From an uncultured Pseudomonadota bacterium (GTDB taxonomy: Bacteria; Babelota; Babeliae; Babelales; RVW-14): DNA of 64,000 nucleotides. The stretch spans positions 83,393-147,392 of the forward strand of contig CAZMQG010000001.1 of assembly GCA_964568625.1 (NCBI GenBank). The letters run 5' to 3'. The notes under the pieces were generated by a model. That model saw nothing but the letters and a program-made list of their open reading frames with translations, was not told where the DNA came from and searched no databases. Shown here one piece after another: positions 47,933 through 58,032 of the stretch. Position 1 is the first letter of the stretch; each line of letters begins with the position of its first letter. The position numbers and the translations under genes were made by a program.

Positions 47933-50209
47933 CTATTTTGAATCATCTTTAAATTTCTTGATAGCGATTGCATCATAATTTTGACCAGATAAGCTATCAA
48001 TTTTTTGTAAAATATCTTGCGATATTTTATCACTGAATGACTTATTTTTAACAGCCATGGCAAGATGTCCTCTCAAATAAGCACTAAGCGTAGACTTTAG
48101 GCCCATACTAGAATTTATAAATATTTTTTCTACAGATTCAAGTACTAAATCTGTATCTTCTATTGGACCTAAGATTACACATACACCTTTAAATAAGTTA
48201 AACCCATCTATTATGCAAGATTTAACTGAAGCAGTCTTATTTTTTATAAAATCAACATCAATCCATTCAGGAAGATCACTACCACTAGTAAGACGCATAA
48301 CCATTCCAACCATTTTTCCTAAACACCCAACATGATCTAAATTAAATTGAACCATTGTCTCAAGCGTTGCCTTACTTGATAAAATGAATTTCAATATACC
48401 GTTAAAATGTTTTAAATTGTCTGAATCCTTTAATAAGAGATCTTTTGGGAACTTATATAAAAATGGTATCAGATTCAAATTCTTACGCTGAATACTATCA
48501 GCTACAAATCCATCAAAAATTAATTTTACAAAATCACAGTCCTTCTTATTTCCAGCGATTTTGTTATAAATTTCTCGCAAGATAGAAACTGATGTTTTTT
48601 CATCAAATTTAATTTCTTTTTCTACAAGTACAATTGGAACTTTCGATGCAATTTCAGCCTCCTTACTCAATTTTTCTTGAAGCTCTTTCTTCGCATCCGC
48701 CTCTTTTTTTAGTCTTTCAGCTTCTTCATGTACCTTCTTTAGAACTTCTGCTGCAGCTTCCTGGGCTTTTTGATCTTTATCTTTTTGCGCTTTTTCTGCA
48801 GCTTCTTGGGCCTCTCTTATCGTTCTAGCCTGTTCTTCTGCAATTCTTTTTTCTTCCTCTTCCTTAGCCTTTTTAGCTGCCTCAGCCACCTCTTCTTCTT
48901 TTGCTTTCGCATCAGCCATTCTCTTTGCCAACTCCTTGTCTATTGCTTTTATACAACGTAATGCATGAATTAAAGTCAAAAGCTGACGTTTGACAGTTCG
49001 CCCTTCAAAAGTAAAGCCTTTGACAGCATCTGTGTATCCAGGCGTTTGGGCCCCTACAACTTCAACTTTTGGACTTTTACCCGCATTTTCGAGCATGTAC
49101 AAATCGCAAGCTTCTGTAACCGCTTCAGTTTTTTCATCAAATCCATCCGCTATACTTGTTATTACTTTAATCAAATGGCTCAAACAAATAACCGCCAAAT
49201 TTTTGTATTTTCTTGCACCTGAATAATGCTGTCCTGAATACCAAAGAATTGCACCCGTAGCCCACTTCAAAAAAGATGGTTCACTGTACTTATTTGACAA
49301 AAGCGCATATGCCACAATCAAGCTTTGTGTACGCATAGTCAATAATGGCAACAAGCTTTTTAAAACTTCTGAATCTGTAACTTTGCCTTCAAGTATGGCC
49401 TCTGTTATATAATCGGCAGATGATTGTAAAAATTTTTTATTTTGCTCAACACCAACACCACTTACAATATTCCCGGCTTTAGCATTTACATACCCATCGT
49501 CAACCAAAGCCTTCATACTTGCAATAATTGCACCAGCGTTTGACGAATCAATTGCATTAACTTTCATACCCATTGCATACTGTTCAGCAACAGCAATTTC
49601 CCCTCCCCAAATTTTTTCATAAGGGCTATAAATATTTATAAGCGTTTGTTCATAATCTTTACAAATATATTTAATCTGAAATAGTTGCTCATCAGAAAAA
49701 CTACTTAATGATCCAAACAATTCCGCAAAATATTCTTTCTGTTTGGTAATAAGTTGTGCGTCTTTAGAAAATTCAGATAAATTACCCTTTAAATCCTGTT
49801 TTAGAAATTCAGTTTCTAAATTAATCAAATCATCTACTGGACCATCTTCCTTTTGAGTCTCATTCAACAAATAAAGATTATCATAAAATGCGTTTACAGC
49901 TCCTTGAAGCGTTGCTCGATCAATTACCCCTTGAACTAATCCATCTGGATTAATCCCACCACCAAGCTTACCTTCGCCCAATTGGAATTCTGCGCCTAAA
50001 GTTGGAGCACCGGTAATATCTTTATCTTCAAGTCTATCCTTAAGTAACCCAAGCTTTGTAACCAAAAGTTCATTTTTGTTTTTTAATTCTTTTAATTTAA
50101 CTGACAATTCGGTAAGAGAACTTTTCAAATCACCAGCCATACCCCATAAGTTTGAGGAAAAAACAAAAAATATAATAAATAATATTCGACGAACAATACG
50201 CCTTTTCAT
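47933..50209 (-). CDS. Secreted hypothetical protein with N-terminal heptad tag and central Glu/Lys/Ala coiled coil
   Basis: GGAG RBS, signal peptide, SLTELSVKLKELKNKNELLVTKLGLLKDRL, KAKEEE...KEAE stretch; no catalytic motif recognised. Confidence 0.7.
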   Translation of the reverse strand: MKRRIVRRILFIIFFVFSSNLWGMAGDLKSSLTELSVKLKELKNKNELLVTKLGLLKDRLEDKDITGAPTLGAEFQLGEGKLGGGINPDGLVQGVIDRATLQGAVNAFYDNLYLLNETQKEDGPVDDLINLETEFLKQDLKGNLSEFSKDAQLITKQKEYFAELFGSLSSFSDEQLFQIKYICKDYEQTLINIYSPYEKIWGGEIAVAEQYAMGMKVNAIDSSNAGAIIASMKALVDDGYVNAKAGNIVSGVGVEQNKKFLQSSADYITEAILEGKVTDSEVLKSLLPLLTMRTQSLIVAYALLSNKYSEPSFLKWATGAILWYSGQHYSGARKYKNLAVICLSHLIKVITSIADGFDEKTEAVTEACDLYMLENAGKSPKVEVVGAQTPGYTDAVKGFTFEGRTVKRQLLTLIHALRCIKAIDKELAKRMADAKAKEEEVAEAAKKAKEEEEKRIAEEQARTIREAQEAAEKAQKDKDQKAQEAAAEVLKKVHEEAERLKKEADAKKELQEKLSKEAEIASKVPIVLVEKEIKFDEKTSVSILREIYNKIAGNKKDCDFVKLIFDGFVADSIQRKNLNLIPFLYKFPKDLLLKDSDNLKHFNGILKFILSSKATLETMVQFNLDHVGCLGKMVGMVMRLTSGSDLPEWIDVDFIKNKTASVKSCIIDGFNLFKGVCVILGPIEDTDLVLESVEKIFINSSMGLKSTLSAYLRGHLAMAVKNKSFSDKISQDILQKIDSLSGQNYDAIAIKKFKDDSK

Positions 50210-50270
50210 ACTAGTCTCCTAAAAATATTTATATCAACCCATCAATTAAATTTCTTTTTTGTTTTTAAAT

Positions 50271-51590
50271 TTATTTAATCAAGAGCTTAGTTTTGAGAAT
50301 TAACAACTTTTCCTGCAATATACTAAGCTTCCCTTGAAAAGAAACAAGCGATCCCTTTAAACTACTCAATTTCTCGCGCAGTCTATTTAGCTGTTGTTCC
50401 CGCTCAATCCCTTCATAAAATTCTCCAATTTCTTCAGCTTCTTCAATTTGTTTTTTTGATTTTCTCCCCTTTGATAACTGTTTTGCCTCTTTTAATTTTT
50501 TGGCCAGAATATCACCACTTGGAGCTTCGGCTAAATTCCCAGTTAGCTGCCTTATTTTTTTATCTACCTTTTTCAATTTTTTTAATTTTCTGTTAAGTAA
50601 AATATTATAATATCTCAAAACAAACTTTATTTGCTCATCTGTTTCTATCGACCCAGGCCTCTTTGCTCTAACAAGATTAATAGCATCGACAGCCTTCATA
50701 TTTTTATTTGCTAGCAACCAACATGCAAGAATTGTCCCCGTTCTCCCCTTCCCTCCCCAGCAATGCACAACCGTTGCTTTACCGTTGGATTTCAAAATTT
50801 TTTTAGATTTTTCTATAAATTTATCAACCTGATCTATTGTAGGCACACCAAAATCATGAATTGGAAGGAATAGCCGTTCGATATCAACACTTTTAAATAT
50901 TTCAGGATCAGGGCCTTCTCCTGGCTCAGTAAGCGTCACAACCAGTCCCACATTAAGATCATGTAACGCCTTGATTTGTTCATTAGTTTTTGGCATAGCC
51001 ATACCGGCAATTACCCCATCTACAACCCAAGAAAAATTATTTCTCTTTAAAATTAAATATCTATAATATTCTTTAACAAAAATTTCCTGATCAATAGACG
51101 CTATTGATCCCAGACTTTTATTACGTACCAATTTTATAGCTATATCTGGGCTCATATCTGTATTTGCCAACAACCAACATGCAAGCATTGTTCCCGTTCG
51201 CCCCTTGCCTAACCGACAATGAACAACTGTTGCTTTCCCAGTCTTATCCCAAACTTCTTTAGATTTTTCTATAAATTTATTAACCTGATCCACAGTCGGA
51301 ATTCTCCCATCAGGTATAGGGAAAATGAAACGTTCAATATCAACGTTCTTGAAGATTTCAGGAACAGGGCCTTCTTTTGGCTCAGTAAGGGTCACAACAA
51401 GACCAACATTAAGATCATGTAACGCCTTGATTTGTTCATTAGTTTTTGGCATAGCCATACCGGCAATTCCCCCATCTACAATCCAAAAAAATTTATTTTT
51501 CTTTAACGTATTCGGAATCGTTTTCGCACAATGCAAAGCTTGAAAAAATAAGACACTTGCAATAATTATTCTTTTAAATAAAATACGCAT
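50271..51590 (-). CDS. Secreted tandem dual-specificity phosphatase with C-terminal heptad tag
   Basis: GGAG RBS, signal peptide; two DSP domains (HCRLGKGRT, HCWGGKGRT) offset by 152 aa. Confidence 0.88.
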   Translation of the reverse strand: MRILFKRIIIASVLFFQALHCAKTIPNTLKKNKFFWIVDGGIAGMAMPKTNEQIKALHDLNVGLVVTLTEPKEGPVPEIFKNVDIERFIFPIPDGRIPTVDQVNKFIEKSKEVWDKTGKATVVHCRLGKGRTGTMLACWLLANTDMSPDIAIKLVRNKSLGSIASIDQEIFVKEYYRYLILKRNNFSWVVDGVIAGMAMPKTNEQIKALHDLNVGLVVTLTEPGEGPDPEIFKSVDIERLFLPIHDFGVPTIDQVDKFIEKSKKILKSNGKATVVHCWGGKGRTGTILACWLLANKNMKAVDAINLVRAKRPGSIETDEQIKFVLRYYNILLNRKLKKLKKVDKKIRQLTGNLAEAPSGDILAKKLKEAKQLSKGRKSKKQIEEAEEIGEFYEGIEREQQLNRLREKLSSLKGSLVSFQGKLSILQEKLLILKTKLLIK

Positions 51591-51668
51591 GGAAAAACAC
51601 TCCTACAATAACCATTTAATAACTTTTTAAGTTTTACACAAAATCTAATTAACTTTGCAATTAAATTG

Positions 51669-51695
51669 AAAAGGCGTAGGAAAAAATCCTACGCC
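51669..51695 (-). terminator. Terminator downstream of clpB
   Basis: Minus strand ggcgtagga-ttttt-tcctacgcc-tttt. Confidence 0.75.
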
Positions 51696-51731
51696 CAAAC
51701 CATTATTAAGTTATTTTTATATAAATAAATC

Positions 51732-54290
51732 TTAACTGATCACAATCTGATCTTTTTTTGCATCAATTGTAAAAAGCTTTTTGTCAGGGTTTTTAAGAAT
51801 TTGTATGGAAAGCGGACTCACAACATAATGTTGCACAGCTCGTTTGAGTGGTCGAGCTCCAAACTCCTTCTGATATCCAAGCTCACCCAAAAGCTTAATT
51901 GCATTGCTGGTAACATCAAGCTCTATGTTTTTCTCCTTCAACCGATCGTTTAGATGATCAAGCTGAATGCGTACAATCTGTTCGATATCTTTTTGATTCA
52001 AAGATTTAAAGAACACGACTTCGTCAATTCTATTAAGAATCTCCGGACGGAAATATTTAAGAAGTAAGCCATCAATCTCTTTACGAACTTTTTCTGTAAT
52101 ATCACCTGCAGCTAAAATCAAATCTGAACCGATATTTGAAGTCATAATAATTATGCAATTTTTAAATGATACAGTGCGACCTTGCGAATCGGTCAGATGC
52201 CCCTCATCAAGAATCTGTAAAAAAATATTAAACACATCAGGATGGGCTTTTTCAATCTCATCAAAAAGCACCACGCTGTAAGGATTTTTGCGCACTGCTT
52301 CCGTTAATTGGCCACCCTCTTCGTAACCAACATAACCCGGAGGAGCTCCAATCAGACGAGCAACTGCATGCTTTTCCATATACTCGGACATATCAATGCG
52401 AATCATCTTACGTTCGTCATTAAAAAGATAATCTGCCAAAGTTTTGGCAACTTCTGTTTTGCCAACACCGGTTGGCCCAAGAAACAGAAATGAGCCGATT
52501 GGTTTGTTTGGATCAGCAATTCCCGACCTGTGAATTCGAATGGTATCAGAAATTTTAGTAATCGCCTCATCCTGGCCTATAACTCGTTTGTGTAACTCAC
52601 TTTCCATCTCGATGAGCTTTTGGCTTTCATCGGATTTGAGTTTTTCAACAGGAACATGCAACCAGCGAGATAACACAAGAGCAATGTCATCCTCATCAAC
52701 TTCTTCTTTGATCAGATGAGTTTTGAGTTTTTTAAGTTTATCCTGTTCCTGTGCTAATTTTTTCTCAAGTTCGACAATTTTACCGTATTTAATCTTTGAG
52801 GCTTTTGCAAAATCACCCTCACGTTCAGCCTGTGAAAATTCAACTTTTGCAGCGTCAATCTGCTCTTTTATTTTTTGCATAACCTCAAGAGGCTTACGTT
52901 CGGACTGCCACTGTTCTGTTTTTATTTTATATGACTCTTTAAGGTCTGAAAGCTCTTTTTCTAACTCATTCAGTCGAGTTTTTGAATTTTCATCTTTCTC
53001 TTTGCTAAGTGCAACTTTTTCAATCTCAAGCTGCGTTATACGACGAGAGAGCTGATCAATATCCTCAGGTTTTGAATCTATTGCCATTTTCACCATTGAG
53101 GCGGCTTCGTCAATTAAATCAATTGCTTTATCAGGTAAAAAACGATCTGGAATCATACGTGATGAAAGTTGTACAGCTTTAACAAGCGCTGAGTCTTTGA
53201 TTCTAATTCCGTGATGCAGTTCATAACGCTCTTTCAGTCCACGTAAAATTGAAATCGCATCTTGCTCTGTTGGCTCTTCAATTAAAACTTTTTGGAATCT
53301 ACGCTCAAGCGCTGCATCTTTTTCAATATATTTTTTGTACTCAGCAATTGTTGTTGCGCCAACACAATGCAACATACCGCGCGCAAGTGCAGGTTTTAAT
53401 AAATTTGAGGCATCCATTCCACCATTGGTTGCACCAGCACCAACAAGCATGTGTAATTCATCAATAAAAAGAATAATTCCCTCCGGCTCTTTTTCAATCG
53501 CCTGCAAAATGGCTTTCAAGCGTTCCTCAAATTCACCCCGATACTTTGTTCCTGCTATCAGGGATCCAAGATCAAGTGCCAAAATTTTGCGATTTTTAAG
53601 ACTCTCCGGAACGTCATTATCAATAATACGTTGCGCTATACCTTCAACAATGGCAGTTTTCCCAACACCGGGATCCCCGACAAGTACAGGATTATTTTTT
53701 GTACGTCGTGATAAAATTTGAACAACTCGCCTGATTTCATCATTTCTGCCAATAACAGGATCAAGCTTCCCATCACGAGCAAGCTTAGTAAGATCTTTGC
53801 AGTATTTTTCAAGAACCTGATAACCACTCTCCGCATTTTGATTTTTCACCGTATCCCCTCCCCGCATATTTTTAATCCATTCTAAAACCTTCTGTCCCGT
53901 AAAACCATTCTGTTTAAAATACTGTTGGATTTGACTAGGTAAAGTTGATGTTTTTGCAAATGCCAACATGCAAACATCAAGACTGATAAATTCATCCCCA
54001 AATGTTTTTGCCTCTTTTTCGCATTCACTTAAAAATTTCTGAAAAGAACTATCAACAGATATCTGACCGCCGGAAACTTTTGGCAAGCGAGACGATTCCT
54101 GCTCTACAATATTCTTTAAATTATCTATATCAAGCCCGCAGGCACGAAATCCCGATGCACAAAAATCGTTGTTTAAAGAAGAATACAAAAGATGAATTGG
54201 AGAAAATGTTGAATACTGTTCCTGAGTTGCTAACGTATAAGCTTCTTGTAATAGCTCTGTAAATGCGTTTGTAAATTTTTCTGAATTCAT
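51732..54290 (-). CDS. clpB: Chaperone ClpB
   Basis: Two AAA+ modules ([14 protein letters not shown]; [14 protein letters not shown]), coiled-coil M domain, FGARPLKR; AGGAG RBS before MNSEKF. Confidence 0.95.
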   Translation of the reverse strand: MNSEKFTNAFTELLQEAYTLATQEQYSTFSPIHLLYSSLNNDFCASGFRACGLDIDNLKNIVEQESSRLPKVSGGQISVDSSFQKFLSECEKEAKTFGDEFISLDVCMLAFAKTSTLPSQIQQYFKQNGFTGQKVLEWIKNMRGGDTVKNQNAESGYQVLEKYCKDLTKLARDGKLDPVIGRNDEIRRVVQILSRRTKNNPVLVGDPGVGKTAIVEGIAQRIIDNDVPESLKNRKILALDLGSLIAGTKYRGEFEERLKAILQAIEKEPEGIILFIDELHMLVGAGATNGGMDASNLLKPALARGMLHCVGATTIAEYKKYIEKDAALERRFQKVLIEEPTEQDAISILRGLKERYELHHGIRIKDSALVKAVQLSSRMIPDRFLPDKAIDLIDEAASMVKMAIDSKPEDIDQLSRRITQLEIEKVALSKEKDENSKTRLNELEKELSDLKESYKIKTEQWQSERKPLEVMQKIKEQIDAAKVEFSQAEREGDFAKASKIKYGKIVELEKKLAQEQDKLKKLKTHLIKEEVDEDDIALVLSRWLHVPVEKLKSDESQKLIEMESELHKRVIGQDEAITKISDTIRIHRSGIADPNKPIGSFLFLGPTGVGKTEVAKTLADYLFNDERKMIRIDMSEYMEKHAVARLIGAPPGYVGYEEGGQLTEAVRKNPYSVVLFDEIEKAHPDVFNIFLQILDEGHLTDSQGRTVSFKNCIIIMTSNIGSDLILAAGDITEKVRKEIDGLLLKYFRPEILNRIDEVVFFKSLNQKDIEQIVRIQLDHLNDRLKEKNIELDVTSNAIKLLGELGYQKEFGARPLKRAVQHYVVSPLSIQILKNPDKKLFTIDAKKDQIVIS

Positions 54291-54327
54291 GCAAAAACTC
54301 CTAAAATTTATCTTAAATAGAAATGAA

Positions 54328-55467
54328 TTAAGCCAGTTCTGAGAATTGCTCACGTGGTATTGGAACGTAACTTAAATGCAAAGATCTTCCCCATGCCATT
54401 AAGAAACTGCGCAATCTGTACGCCTTTGGAGTCGTAGAATTTCTAGGAAATGCCGGATCTATACATAAAACACACTGCTTCTCTTTATTCCATCCTACAA
54501 CCACCATCAGGTGCCCATTAGTGTATGATGTAGCGCCTCCACGTAATTTGCGAACACTAACGGCTACAGGAATTTTTTTAGAAAGATATTTGTAGAGATC
54601 ATCAAAAAAGTTCAGCCTCTCAACTCGAAAGAAAACATTTCCATAAGTTGCATCATGAGCAGCTGCAACATTAAGCGGCCAGTTTCCATAAATATTTAAG
54701 TACCCGTTGTCATAAACTTTATCTGCAAAATCAACCATATAACTATTCAAATCATGCGAACAGTCACCATAAAGTTTTTTATTAAAATAATTTACAATAA
54801 TTCCGGTAGAGGTTGGTGAACACAAGTCACGATAACGTGGATGATTCAGTACCATTTGAGACTGTCTTGGTACACCGCTCACAATAACAGAAGGAAGGTT
54901 CGAAACGTAGGAATCACCCTTAAATTTTTTAACATTCGATAAACATGCAAACAAGGCTTTTAGATTTTTGGGATTTGCACCCTTTTGAAACACAACCTTA
55001 ACCTTAAATGCCGTACCCAGCTGCCCCTTTTTCAACTCCACTTTAGAGTGTGTTGTATGCACATAACGATTAAGCTTATTAACAAAAGTTCGCTGAGATG
55101 TAGCTCCCCACTCAGCAAGACGTTGCCATCCTGCCCAAGATGAGTGCTTTACATTAACCCAAAAAGTCATTTTCCCTTTTTCAGGACGCATCGCATTCCA
55201 CGACAAAATGAGCTCGGTAAATGGAAAGTTTGGCTCACATTCCCAAATAAAAAACTCTTGATCTGATTCAATCTCACCTTCAAAAATATACCTTGATACT
55301 GTTTTTGAAAATTTTTCGCTACTAAAAGATTGAGTCGAATCTAAATCCCTGTGTCGTTTTCTTCTTCCTGAACTTACTGCATTTACATTCAGAAAATTAA
55401 ACGTAACACACGCTATTAAAAATAAAAAAAAACGCTTTTTAAATCCAATAAAAACCTTCATTAACAT
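54328..55467 (-). CDS. Secreted peptidase C39-like family protein
   Basis: Signal peptide; RSQMV...LCSPTST (Cys), GHLMVVVG (His), IDPA (Asp). Confidence 0.75.
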   Translation of the reverse strand: MLMKVFIGFKKRFFLFLIACVTFNFLNVNAVSSGRRKRHRDLDSTQSFSSEKFSKTVSRYIFEGEIESDQEFFIWECEPNFPFTELILSWNAMRPEKGKMTFWVNVKHSSWAGWQRLAEWGATSQRTFVNKLNRYVHTTHSKVELKKGQLGTAFKVKVVFQKGANPKNLKALFACLSNVKKFKGDSYVSNLPSVIVSGVPRQSQMVLNHPRYRDLCSPTSTGIIVNYFNKKLYGDCSHDLNSYMVDFADKVYDNGYLNIYGNWPLNVAAAHDATYGNVFFRVERLNFFDDLYKYLSKKIPVAVSVRKLRGGATSYTNGHLMVVVGWNKEKQCVLCIDPAFPRNSTTPKAYRLRSFLMAWGRSLHLSYVPIPREQFSELA

Positions 55468-55518
55468 TCCCCCCTAATATGAATTACCCTAAACCTTTAA
55501 CAATTTTGAAGCTCAACA

Positions 55519-56985
55519 TCACTTTCCTACGCAAAATTCATTAAAAACTGAATCTAAAACGTGCTCATTTATATTTCGGCCCGTTAGTTCAAACATAAGC
55601 TCCAAAATTTCTTTAAGCTTGTAAGCTATTAATTCATATTCTAGGGAATTAAGCTGATCTTTTACAACAGAATCAAATTTTAACTCAATTTCTGTAATTA
55701 ATCTGGCCTGCCTTTGATTTAATAAAAATGAAGACTGTTGCATTAAAAAAATTTCTTTTATCTTGGATTTTACAGCCTGCAACAACGCGGACATTCCGCT
55801 CCTTTCCTTAGCTGAAACTGCAACAATATTATTATAACCTTTTAAAAATGTACGTAATTCACTTGCAGATGCATCTGCTTTTTCAAAATCTGACTGATCA
55901 ATTTTATTTACGACAAAGATAACTTTTTCTATATATAAATCAATAATTTCTTTATATCTATTTTTTTGTTCCAAATTCAATTTTTGAGAGGCATCAAACA
56001 CAAGTAATATCAAATCAGCCCGTTGAGCTTCAGACAAGGATCTTTCTATCCCCTGCTTCTCAATAACATCACCTGTCTGACGTAAACCCGCGGTATCAAT
56101 AAAAGTTAAAAAAATACCGTTGTCGTAAACGCTTGATTCAATTGTATCTCTTGTTGTGCCCTCGATCTGAGAAACTATAGCTCTTTCCTGATTTATAAGA
56201 GCATTAAATAATGTAGATTTTCCGGTATTGACTAATCCAAGTAGGGAAATTTTAACACCCTCACGAATTTGCTTTTGTTGACTGAAATTAACTTTGATTT
56301 CATTTAATTTATTCAAAATTTGCAAACTATAAGACTTTATTGTTTCATTTAAATCAATATCACGCTGCTCTTCTTCAATAAATTCAAAAGACGCCTCAAC
56401 AACTCCTAGTAATTTGACAAAATCTGCCTGTAAGCCCAAAAGGAAATTTGATAAAGTTCCATGCAATTGCTCCATCGATTTTTTAAGAGCAAGCTCATTC
56501 TGCGCATTGATTAAATCATTAATTGCTTCGGCCTGAACCAGATTTAGCTTTTCATTTAAAACCGCACGCCTTGAAAACTCACCGGGCCGAGCCATTCTGG
56601 CCCCATATCTACATGAAAGTTGTATGATTTTTTCTATAATAAATGGATTATTGTGACAACTAATTTCAATTGTATCCTGTCCGGTAAATGTTTTTGGCGC
56701 TCGCATCAGAAAAAATAAAACATCATCAATTTTATTATAACCGATAGAATTAGTATCTTTTGACAAGCTAATTTCCGGATCAATTATAAAACCAAACTGA
56801 ATTGTATGCGACTCAACCTGAGATACTTTTTTCCCACAAGCAAGCTTTGATATGGACTCAATTATACTAAAAACATTTTGTCCACAAAGACGTATTAATG
56901 CTAATGCACCACTCCCTTGAGGAGTGCATAACGCTACAATTGTCTGCTGTTCATCAGCAATATTTACTTCATTTAGACGCTTCAT
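55519..56985 (-). CDS. mnmE: tRNA modification GTPase MnmE
   Basis: TIVALCTP, FTGQDTIEISCH, GLVNTGKST, GTTRD, DTAG, NKID, C-terminal FCVGK. Confidence 0.95.
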   Translation of the reverse strand: MKRLNEVNIADEQQTIVALCTPQGSGALALIRLCGQNVFSIIESISKLACGKKVSQVESHTIQFGFIIDPEISLSKDTNSIGYNKIDDVLFFLMRAPKTFTGQDTIEISCHNNPFIIEKIIQLSCRYGARMARPGEFSRRAVLNEKLNLVQAEAINDLINAQNELALKKSMEQLHGTLSNFLLGLQADFVKLLGVVEASFEFIEEEQRDIDLNETIKSYSLQILNKLNEIKVNFSQQKQIREGVKISLLGLVNTGKSTLFNALINQERAIVSQIEGTTRDTIESSVYDNGIFLTFIDTAGLRQTGDVIEKQGIERSLSEAQRADLILLVFDASQKLNLEQKNRYKEIIDLYIEKVIFVVNKIDQSDFEKADASASELRTFLKGYNNIVAVSAKERSGMSALLQAVKSKIKEIFLMQQSSFLLNQRQARLITEIELKFDSVVKDQLNSLEYELIAYKLKEILELMFELTGRNINEHVLDSVFNEFCVGK

Positions 56986-57670
56986 GGGATGATGAAGAGA
57001 TAGTTACAAGAATCTGATATCCACGAAATTTCTTTTTATATTTTCGCTTCAAAAACTGCATTAATACGTATGAAATGCTAGCAGAAACAGCCCTATTCTC
57101 ATCTTCATTTTCCATTAAAGGCTTATCAAACATTACTGCAAGAACTTTTTTATCGATTTTTGTTGTAAAATTGGCTTGAAATGGCAAAAACTTCAACAAA
57201 TCACGTAGCGATTCTCCAACAAAATTTATCCATTCAGGAATCCAAATTTGTGCTTCTTCAGGTGATAAAGAGGCCTGACTTTGCATAGCTTTTTTTTCAA
57301 TTTTTAACTGTTCAACTTTTGAATTTGCAGCCTGTTGCTGACGTCTTGCAAATTCTTGTGAATCGGCGCTTTGCACCCTGCCACGGTCTTGCTGCTGATA
57401 TCTTTCAATTTTCTCGGGTTGACGAGGAGCATAACCAGATTTTGCCTTTTTTTGTTGAATTTCTCGGTCTTTAAAAAATGTCTTTTTTTCAGGAGCCTTC
57501 ACTGAATTAAAAGTAATTGAAACTATTGCAGGCAACTTAGAAAAACCAAGAAAACCCTTCTTACCCTCTTCAAGAATTTTAATCGTAAACTCAGATGGTT
57601 TTCCAGACTCAATCCAGGCTTTTTCAATTGCATTTATAATAGAAGAAGCCTCATGAAGCATTGATTTCAT
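56969..57670 (-). CDS. Jag (KhpB/EloR) N-terminal domain protein lacking a recognisable R3H domain
   Basis: ASSIINAIEKA...IKILEEGKKGFLGF Jag_N signature; canonical position upstream of mnmE. Confidence 0.7.
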   Translation of the reverse strand: MKSMLHEASSIINAIEKAWIESGKPSEFTIKILEEGKKGFLGFSKLPAIVSITFNSVKAPEKKTFFKDREIQQKKAKSGYAPRQPEKIERYQQQDRGRVQSADSQEFARRQQQAANSKVEQLKIEKKAMQSQASLSPEEAQIWIPEWINFVGESLRDLLKFLPFQANFTTKIDKKVLAVMFDKPLMENEDENRAVSASISYVLMQFLKRKYKKKFRGYQILVTISSSSHEASK

Positions 57671-57846
57671 TGTTACAAAATCCTTTTTAGTAAGAACCTT
57701 TGATTTGCCTTCAAATTTTTTCGGTATCTAGCAACTAACAATTTTACAGTACAAAATCCTAAAAAATCCTTTTTCAAAACATTTTATACACCAAAAATCT
57801 ATCAGAATTTTATATCTAGTGCAAACAGAACATTTTTTTGAGGTTT

Positions 57847-57921
57847 TGGAGCGGGAAACGGGATTCGAACCCGCGACCCTTGCCTTGGCAAGGCAATGCT
57901 CTACCACTGAGCTATTCCCGC
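57847..57921 (-). tRNA. tRNA-Gly(GCC)
   Basis: Reverse complement GCGGGAATAGCTCAGTGGTAGAGCATTGCCTTGCCAAGGCAAGGGTCGCGGGTTCGAATCCCGTTTCCCGCTCCA. Confidence 0.95.
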
Positions 57922-58032
57922 AAGAAGTCAAACTTTAAAAAAGATTCAAATTATCTGCTTAAACTTTATATACAAAAAGCATGCTTGTCAAATAATTTTT
58001 TCAAAGAAATTTACCACATATTTACATGCAAA

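Noticed and set aside
41173-51590. Firm assignment as a glucan water dikinase/SEX4 starch-phosphorylation mimic
   Set aside because: No carbohydrate-binding module recognised and the DSPs look DUSP23-like; kept only as one hypothesis.
54290-54353. Apparent clpB/C39-peptidase overlap
   Set aside because: Disappears when clpB starts at MNSEKF (54290), which has an AGGAG RBS.
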